52,188 nt of DNA from Candidatus Limnocylindria bacterium (GTDB lineage Bacteria > Chloroflexota > Limnocylindria > Limnocylindrales > CSP1-4). The stretch is taken from NCBI GenBank assembly GCA_041491485.1, contig JBGPVC010000003.1:1-52188 (forward strand). The letters are read 5' to 3'. The notes beneath the pieces were generated by a model. It was given only the letters and a program-made list of their open reading frames with translations, was not told the DNA's origin and searched no databases. A program made the position numbers and the translations under genes. This document shows positions 46,365-52,188 of the stretch, piece after piece (position 1 is the first letter of the stretch; the number at the start of each line of letters is the position of its first letter).

Positions 46365-47270
46365 TCAGTGGCAGGCCTTCGGGTGCGGCGTCGGATGGGC
46401 CGCGGCGTGCGTCGACGGCGCGCTGCCGATTCGCTTGGCCACGACGATTAGCTTCTGGCGCGTCCCGTGCGGGCCTTCAGATGTCTGCACCCAGAGCTGC
46501 TCGGTGGTGGCGCTGTACGCGCCGGCGAGGGTGATGGTGTGACGCCGGACCCGGACGATCCTGTAGGTCGAGACGATGTCGTTGCTGGTCCACACGAGGA
46601 TCGTGGCGCCCAGCAGGCTCGCGCCATTGTTGATCCTGGATCGCTCCAGGAGCGGCAGGAACATGCCGACACGGGCGTGGGCGTAGAGGAACGAGACGCC
46701 GCCTTCGCGCGGTTGGGACAGGGTGGGGAAGTACATCGCCACGTTGCAGTACGGGTACCCGGTCGGGCCTCGCACGACCGGCAGGTCGATCTTCAGGCCC
46801 GGCATGGCGATCCGGGTCGCGACGGGAAACGTCAGGGCTCCGCAGCGGGCGAGGAGACCCGTCCCGATCTTGATGGCGATCGTCCCGCTGCGCCCGTAGA
46901 CCCAGATCGCATTCATGATCCTGGTCGAGACCGCGGAGGTCTTGGAGACCGCACCCGCCGCGTCCGTCACCGCGCCGGGCAGCCGGGTGATCACCTTGGG
47001 CGATGTGCAGGCACCGCGGTATGCGAGGATCGGGTAGGTCGTCGACGGCTGGAGGCCGACGAGCTTGAGTTCGAGCGAGCCGTCGCCGGCCATGTAGCCC
47101 CGCAGGATGGCCGTCCCGTTGGCGCCGTTGCCGCCGAGGTGAGCGGTCCACGCCCGTCGGACCGAAAAGGCGGACGCGGGCTCGGCGAGCAGTGTGGCGA
47201 GGATGCCGGCGAGACCGACGAGGACGAAGGCACGGCGTGCCGATGCTGGGCGGCGGATGGTCGTCTGCAT
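46365..47270 (-). CDS. Secreted protein with C-terminal sortase-fold domain (catalytic Cys replaced by Ser)
   Basis: Signal peptide ending ASA; RIAMPGLKIDLPVVRG, FLYAHAR, YRIVRV, QLWVQTSEG..KLIVVAKR. ATG lies 6 nt after TACGGT. Confidence 0.7.
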   Translation of the reverse strand: MQTTIRRPASARRAFVLVGLAGILATLLAEPASAFSVRRAWTAHLGGNGANGTAILRGYMAGDGSLELKLVGLQPSTTYPILAYRGACTSPKVITRLPGAVTDAAGAVSKTSAVSTRIMNAIWVYGRSGTIAIKIGTGLLARCGALTFPVATRIAMPGLKIDLPVVRGPTGYPYCNVAMYFPTLSQPREGGVSFLYAHARVGMFLPLLERSRINNGASLLGATILVWTSNDIVSTYRIVRVRRHTITLAGAYSATTEQLWVQTSEGPHGTRQKLIVVAKRIGSAPSTHAAAHPTPHPKACH

Positions 47271-47375
47271 GGCCCAACCGTACATGACAGACGGCCCTGA
47301 CGGGGTGTTGCAGCGGGGTGCATGATCGCCGGGCGGAACACCCCCGATAGCCCAGTTCCGGCGGAGGCTCCTTGC

Positions 47376-47951
47376 ATGTCTGACCGTCTCTACCGATCGC
47401 GCGACGACCGAATGCTTGCCGGCGTTGCCGGCGGCCTCGCCGAGATGTGGGACGCCGATCCGTCCCTCGTGCGGCTCATCTGGGCGCTCCTGGTCATCTT
47501 CACGGGCGGCATCGCACTCGTCGTCTACATCGTGATGGCCATCGTGGTCCCCGAAGGCGATGACGAGTTCCGCCAGTCGCCGACGACGCCGGTGGGAGCC
47601 GCGCCGGGATGGACTCCACCGGGTGTCCCCGGTCCGTCGCCGGCCGTCCCCGGGTCGACCGCGACCACACCGGAGCCGGCGACCGTGCCTCCCAGCTACT
47701 GGATGCCGGGCACATCGCGGGCCGACGCGCGCGCCGCTCGCCGGGCGGCCCGCAGGCAGCGCGGCGACAGCGCCGCGCCCGCCGTGATCGGCGTCTTCCT
47801 GGTCCTCCTCGGAGGCTTCTTCCTCGCTCGCCAGTGGCTGCCGGAGCTCGACTGGGACTGGTTCTGGCCCTTGATGCTGATCGCCCTCGGCGTCCTCCTC
47901 CTGGTGCTGGCGCTGGGTCGCCGCCCCAGTGACCCAGGTACCCGCTCATGA
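47376..47951 (+). CDS. PspC domain protein with C-terminal LiaI/LiaF-like TM region
   Basis: RLYRSRDDRMLAGVAGGLAE..DPSLVRL..YIVMAIVVPE; C-terminal FWPLMLIALG; GGAGG SD. Confidence 0.9.
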   Translation: MSDRLYRSRDDRMLAGVAGGLAEMWDADPSLVRLIWALLVIFTGGIALVVYIVMAIVVPEGDDEFRQSPTTPVGAAPGWTPPGVPGPSPAVPGSTATTPEPATVPPSYWMPGTSRADARAARRAARRQRGDSAAPAVIGVFLVLLGGFFLARQWLPELDWDWFWPLMLIALGVLLLVLALGRRPSDPGTRS

Positions 47952-48913
47952 CCCAGGCACGTCGCGGTTCGCTGATTGCCGCCACCTGGCTGATCGGGCT
48001 CGGCCTCGTCTTCCTCATCCGTGAGGCCGCCAACCTCTCGTGGTCCGAGGCCTGGCCGATGTTCGTGATCCTCGGAGGTGTCGGTGCGCTCGTGTCGACC
48101 GCCGTTCGCGGGAACATCGGCGTGGCCGGCATCTGGGCCTTCACGTGGCCGGTCGCGTGGCTGGTGGTGGGAGCGCTGCTTCTGCTCAGCACGACCGGCA
48201 ACCTGGCGTCCGGACCCGGCGAGCTCATCTCCGAGTGGTGGCCGTTGGCCCTCGTGGTCCTGGGGATCTGGTTCCTGATCGGGGGCATCGTGCCGCGCAA
48301 CGGGCCATCCGAGACGCTGGCGCTCCCCATCGGCGGAGCCGCCGAGGCGAGCGTCAGGGTCCAGTACGGCGCCGGCGAGCTCACGACCCACGTCGCGGCC
48401 GCCGGCAACCTCGTGGACGGCCGGTTCATCGGCGGCGTGTCACATCGACAGGACGGGCCGGGACGCGTCGAGCTTCGCCAGGACACGACCAACGGCTGGC
48501 CGTGGTTCGACCGACGATTTGCGTGGGACGTCGGCCTGACCGGAGAGCTGCCACTGGACCTGCGAGTTGACGGCGGGGCAACGCGGATGGTGCTCGACCT
48601 GAGCGACCTCAAGCTGCGAAGCCTCGAGCTGCACACGGGCGCCAGCGCGACGCGCGTGCTGCTCCCGAAATCGGCGGGTGCGACCGCCGTTCGGGCCGAG
48701 AGCGGCGCCGCCGAGCTTGTGTTCGAGGTCCCGGTCGTCGTTGCCGCCCGGATTCGGAGCCGCATGGTGCTCGGCAGCACGCAGATCGATCAGGCCCGGT
48801 TCCCGCCGACCGCGCTCGGCTACGAGTCGCTCGACTACGCATCGGCCCAGAACCGCGTCGACATCGACGTCCAGGGCGGTGTCGGTTCGTTGAGGATCGT
48901 TTCCGGCGCTTGA
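47948..48913 (+). CDS. LiaF/DUF5668-like membrane protein with C-terminal beta-repeat domain
   Basis: Four TM segments with WP motifs followed by GA-repeat beta strands (VDGGA, HTGAS, ESGAA, GGVGSL); ATGA coupling. Confidence 0.75.
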   Translation: MTQARRGSLIAATWLIGLGLVFLIREAANLSWSEAWPMFVILGGVGALVSTAVRGNIGVAGIWAFTWPVAWLVVGALLLLSTTGNLASGPGELISEWWPLALVVLGIWFLIGGIVPRNGPSETLALPIGGAAEASVRVQYGAGELTTHVAAAGNLVDGRFIGGVSHRQDGPGRVELRQDTTNGWPWFDRRFAWDVGLTGELPLDLRVDGGATRMVLDLSDLKLRSLELHTGASATRVLLPKSAGATAVRAESGAAELVFEVPVVVAARIRSRMVLGSTQIDQARFPPTALGYESLDYASAQNRVDIDVQGGVGSLRIVSGA

Positions 48914-48918
48914 CTTGA

Positions 48919-48944
48919 CGGCCGGAGCGACGACCCTCCGGCCG
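48919..48944 (+). terminator. Hairpin after the pspC operon
   Basis: CGGCCGGAG pairs with CTCCGGCCG, followed by a pyrimidine tract. Confidence 0.55.
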
Positions 48945-48970
48945 CCGTCTTCTCTGATACTCTCCAAGAG

Positions 48971-49027
48971 TCCTTTCATGGCCGGTCCCGTGAGGCCGGC
49001 GTACCGGTCCCGTGAGGCCGGGAAGGA
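48971..49027 (+). promoter_or_regulatory. PyrR-binding RNA leader with two tandem binding hairpins
   Basis: TCCTTT followed by two GGTCCCGTGAGGCC hairpins (48981-49000 and 49004-49021), closed by AAGGA; upstream of carAB; GATACT -10 box at 48956-48961. Confidence 0.75.
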
Positions 49028-49150
49028 GGCTGACCGACCGTGCCACCGCCGATCGGCGGACCGCGCCGCCACGTCCCCGCGCCGCCGAGCGCGGCGCCTG
49101 CGTGATGAGCCGCTTTCTTCCGGCTCCATGACGGGTTCCGACCTGCCCAC

Positions 49151-50302
49151 GTGATCGTCCCACCCTCCCCGCGCGCCTCAGCGGTCGTCGACCCGCGCAT
49201 CGGGGACCTCGGTCCGGCCTGGCTCGCGCTCGAGGACGGCTCGCTGTTCCCCGGGATCGCCTTCGGGGCCGCGGTCGCGGCCGGGGGCGACCTGGTGGTG
49301 AACACCAGCCAGACCGGGTACCAGGAGGTCTGCACGGACCCCTCGTATGCCGGCCAGGTCGTGGTCATGACCTACCCGCTCATCGGCAACTACGGCCGGC
49401 TGCTCGACGACGACCAGTCGCTTCGCCCGTGGCTGCGCGCGCTGGTCGTCGCCAACGCCACGGCCGCCGTCCTCGACGGTGCCCGGCAGCTGGCCGCGCT
49501 GCTCCGCAACGACGGGATCCCGGCGATCGCGGGCGTGGACACGCGAGCCCTGGCTCGCCATCTGCGCGCACACGGCTGCATGCGCGGGATCGTCACGGCG
49601 CCTGGCGCGCTGGACCCGACCGTCGCGGTCGACGCGGCGCGCGCGGTCGCTCGTTGGGAGGACCAGGACTTCGTCGGGCAGGTTTCGCCTCCGCGGGTCA
49701 CGGAGTACCCGGCGGATCTCCCCGGCGGGCCGCGGATCGGCATCGTGGATCTCGGCCTGAAGGCCAACATCGTGCGGGCGATGCGGCATCGCGGGGCGAG
49801 CGTCCGGGTCTTCCCGCACACCGCATCGCCGGCCGATGTCCTCTCCGGCGACATCGACGGCGTGATCCTGTCGCCCGGCCCGGGCGACCCGGCTCGACTC
49901 GAGGCGCAAGTGGCCCTGGCCCGCGCGGCCATCGCCGATGGCCGGCCGCTGCTCGGGATCTGCCTTGGCCACCAGATCGTGGCCCGCGCCGCCGGCGCCG
50001 ACACAAGTCGGTTGAGGTTCGGCCATCACGGTGCGAATCACCCCGTCCAGGACCTCGAGCTCGGTCGGGTCCAGGTGACCGCCCAGAACCACGAGGTCCA
50101 GGTGGTCGGCGACTCAGTCACCCCGGGCTCCGGCTTCCACGTGAGCCAGGTCAATCTCAACGATGGCTCCGTGGAAGGGCTCCGTCACCGCGAGCTCCCG
50201 ATCGAGACGGTCCAGTACCACCCCGAGGGCGCGCCGGGACCGCTCGACGCGCTCGAGGTCTTCGATCGCTTCGTCGCCGCCGCTCGGGTTCGTGCCGGAT
50301 GA
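49151..50302 (+). CDS. carA: Carbamoyl-phosphate synthase small subunit
   Basis: LALEDGSLF, TGYQEVCTDPSYAGQ, LSPGPGDP, GICLGHQ, TAQNH, VQYHPEGAPGP. Confidence 0.95.
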   Translation: MIVPPSPRASAVVDPRIGDLGPAWLALEDGSLFPGIAFGAAVAAGGDLVVNTSQTGYQEVCTDPSYAGQVVVMTYPLIGNYGRLLDDDQSLRPWLRALVVANATAAVLDGARQLAALLRNDGIPAIAGVDTRALARHLRAHGCMRGIVTAPGALDPTVAVDAARAVARWEDQDFVGQVSPPRVTEYPADLPGGPRIGIVDLGLKANIVRAMRHRGASVRVFPHTASPADVLSGDIDGVILSPGPGDPARLEAQVALARAAIADGRPLLGICLGHQIVARAAGADTSRLRFGHHGANHPVQDLELGRVQVTAQNHEVQVVGDSVTPGSGFHVSQVNLNDGSVEGLRHRELPIETVQYHPEGAPGPLDALEVFDRFVAAARVRAG

Positions 50303-52188
50303 GCGCCCCAGGCCCAAAGCCCGCCTCGGTCCTGATCCTCGGGTCCGGGCCTGTCGTCATCGGCCAGGCGGCGGAGTTCGACTACGCCGGAACGCAGGCC
50401 TGCCGGGCGCTGCGTGCCGAGGGGATCCGGACGATCCTGGTCAACTCCAACCCGGCCACGATCATGACCGACCCATCGGTCGCCGACGCGATCTACCTCG
50501 AGCCGCTGACGGTCGAGGCGGTGGAGGCCGTCATCGCCGCCGAACGCCCCGACGGGCTGCTCGCCGGTCTGGGTGGCCAGACAGCGCTGAATCTGACGGC
50601 CGCGATGGCGGACGCAGGCGTCTTCGCCCGCCATCCGATCCGCCTCCTCGGGACGCCGCTGGAGGCGATCCGGATGGCCGAGGACCGCGAGGCGTTCCGC
50701 GACCTGCTGGACCGGATCGGGCAGCCGTACGCGCCCAGCCGGATCGTGGAGGGGGCGACGGTGGACGAGCGGGCCGCCTCGGCCGACGAGGCACTGGCCG
50801 CCATCGGCCTGCCGTCGATCATCCGGCCCGCGTTCACGCTCGGAGGGACGGGCGGCGGCATCGTCGAGACCGAAGCCGCCTATCGCGAACGCGTCCGTGC
50901 CGGCCTCCGGGCGAGCCCGATCGGCCAGGTCATGGTCGAGCGCTACCTCACCGGCTGGCAGGAGATCGAATACGAAGTGATGCGCGACGCGGACGATACC
51001 TGCATCGCGGTCTGCGGGATGGAGAACGTCGATCCGCTTGGCGTCCACACCGGCGATTCGATCGTGGTCGCGCCGATCCAGACTCTGACCGACGCCGTCC
51101 ACCAGCGATTGCGCAGCGCCTCCCTGGCGATCATCCGGGCGCTCGGCGTGGAAGGCGGCTGCAACGTCCAGTTCGCCCTGTCGCCTGACTCCACCGAGTA
51201 CGCTGTGATCGAGGTCAACCCGCGCGTCTCGCGGTCGTCGGCGCTGGCCTCCAAGGCGACCGGGTACCCGATCGCCCGGGTCGCGGCGCAGATCGCGATC
51301 GGTCGCCGGCTGGCCGAGATCCCGAACGTGGTGACCGGCACGACGGTGGCCGCCTTCGAGCCCGCGCTGGATTACGTCGTGGTGAAGCTGCCGCGCTTCC
51401 CATTCGACAAGTTCCCGACCGCCGATCGGACGCTGGGCAGCCAGATGAAGGCGACCGGCGAGGTGATGGCGATCGACCGAACGTTCGGATCGGCCCTCAA
51501 CAAGGCGTTGCGGGGGCTCGAGCAGGCAGGCGTAGGGCCACTCGCCGAGGACCCGTCGTGGCTGCCGACGTTCGACTACCTGGCCGCCGTCTACGGCGGC
51601 GACCCGGAGGCCGACGAACCGATCCGCTGGGTCGACGAAACCGGCGCCGCCTGCGAGTCGACCCGCCATGCGCAGCGGGCCGGCGCGCCGATCGTCCTGC
51701 GCCGCTTCCTGGAGCCGTCCGACAGCCGGCTGTGGCGAATCCTCGGGTTGATGCGTCGAGGGGTCCCCGAGGCATTGATCGGCCAAGTGACCGGCATCGC
51801 CCCATGGTTCCTCGGCGAGATGGGCCGCAACGTGGCGCTGGAAGGGGAGACGCGGGCGTTCGGTGCCAGCCTCGCCGACCCGACCAACGCGGACGCCGCG
51901 GCGCTCCTGGCGACGCTCAAGCGTGCCGGGTTCGGCGATCGCGAGCTGGCCGGGCTGGCCGGCACCAGCCAGGAGGCGATTCGGGCCGCACGCCTCGCCC
52001 TGGGTCTGCGGCCAGGCTACGCGATGGTCGACACCTGCGCCGCCGAGTTCGCTGCAGAGACGCCCTACTTCTACTCGACCTACGCAGCTGCCGGCTCGCC
52101 GCCGGAGGCGCCGCCGGTCGAGCGTGAAGCGGCGCTCGTGATCGGTTCCGGCCCGGTCCGGATCGGGCAGGGGATCGAGTTCGACTAC
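50299..52188 (+). CDS. carB: Carbamoyl-phosphate synthase large subunit (partial, runs off the window end)
   Basis: Hand translation from ATG 50299 (ATGA overlap): VLILGSGPVVIGQAAEFDYAGTQAC, NSNPATIMTD, EVNPRVSRSSALASKATGYPIA, ending IGSGPVRIGQGIEFDY. Confidence 0.95.
   Translation, partial: MSAPGPKPASVLILGSGPVVIGQAAEFDYAGTQACRALRAEGIRTILVNSNPATIMTDPSVADAIYLEPLTVEAVEAVIAAERPDGLLAGLGGQTALNLTAAMADAGVFARHPIRLLGTPLEAIRMAEDREAFRDLLDRIGQPYAPSRIVEGATVDERAASADEALAAIGLPSIIRPAFTLGGTGGGIVETEAAYRERVRAGLRASPIGQVMVERYLTGWQEIEYEVMRDADDTCIAVCGMENVDPLGVHTGDSIVVAPIQTLTDAVHQRLRSASLAIIRALGVEGGCNVQFALSPDSTEYAVIEVNPRVSRSSALASKATGYPIARVAAQIAIGRRLAEIPNVVTGTTVAAFEPALDYVVVKLPRFPFDKFPTADRTLGSQMKATGEVMAIDRTFGSALNKALRGLEQAGVGPLAEDPSWLPTFDYLAAVYGGDPEADEPIRWVDETGAACESTRHAQRAGAPIVLRRFLEPSDSRLWRILGLMRRGVPEALIGQVTGIAPWFLGEMGRNVALEGETRAFGASLADPTNADAAALLATLKRAGFGDRELAGLAGTSQEAIRAARLALGLRPGYAMVDTCAAEFAAETPYFYSTYAAAGSPPEAPPVEREAALVIGSGPVRIGQGIEFDY

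Noticed and set aside
50163-51188. 341-aa plus-strand ORF as the gene after carA
   Set aside because: Wrong frame. The real gene is carB from 50299, absent from the ORF track because it has no stop codon within the window.

Overview
A very GC-rich, gene-dense bacterial chromosome segment with about 50 CDS and one tRNA-Lys(CTT). I see no CRISPR array, integrase or transposase. The sortase-like protein, lipoproteins, PspC/LiaF-like genes, DUF4032-like protein and many apparent leaderless promoters suggest a monoderm Chloroflexota or Actinomycetota organism; this is inference only. Most genes are metabolic or housekeeping: class-III aminotransferase, two acyl-CoA dehydrogenases, GMC oxidoreductase, ABC-2 exporter, trxA, folE, carA and a partial carB. 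A split B12-dependent mutase with isobutyryl-CoA-mutase-type residues occurs with MeaB, 3-hydroxybutyryl-CoA dehydrogenase, an acyl-CoA dehydrogenase and a thiolase. The most unusual observations are: (1) an unannotated, highly structured ~320-nt minus-strand RNA candidate with its own -10 box and terminal hairpin (17402-17722); (2) several ORF-free multi-hairpin intergenic elements (14.5, 23.3, 41.7 and 46.1 kb) and a lone HTH-PD-(D/E)xK nuclease gene with repeat/hairpin flanks; (3) an ECF sigma factor translationally coupled to an Ogt protein with a C-terminal Ada Zn domain; (4) a sortase-fold protein with Ser in place of the catalytic Cys; (5) a tandem-duplicated PyrR-binding hairpin upstream of carAB. 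All calls come from reading motifs by eye; no searches or folding computations were run.
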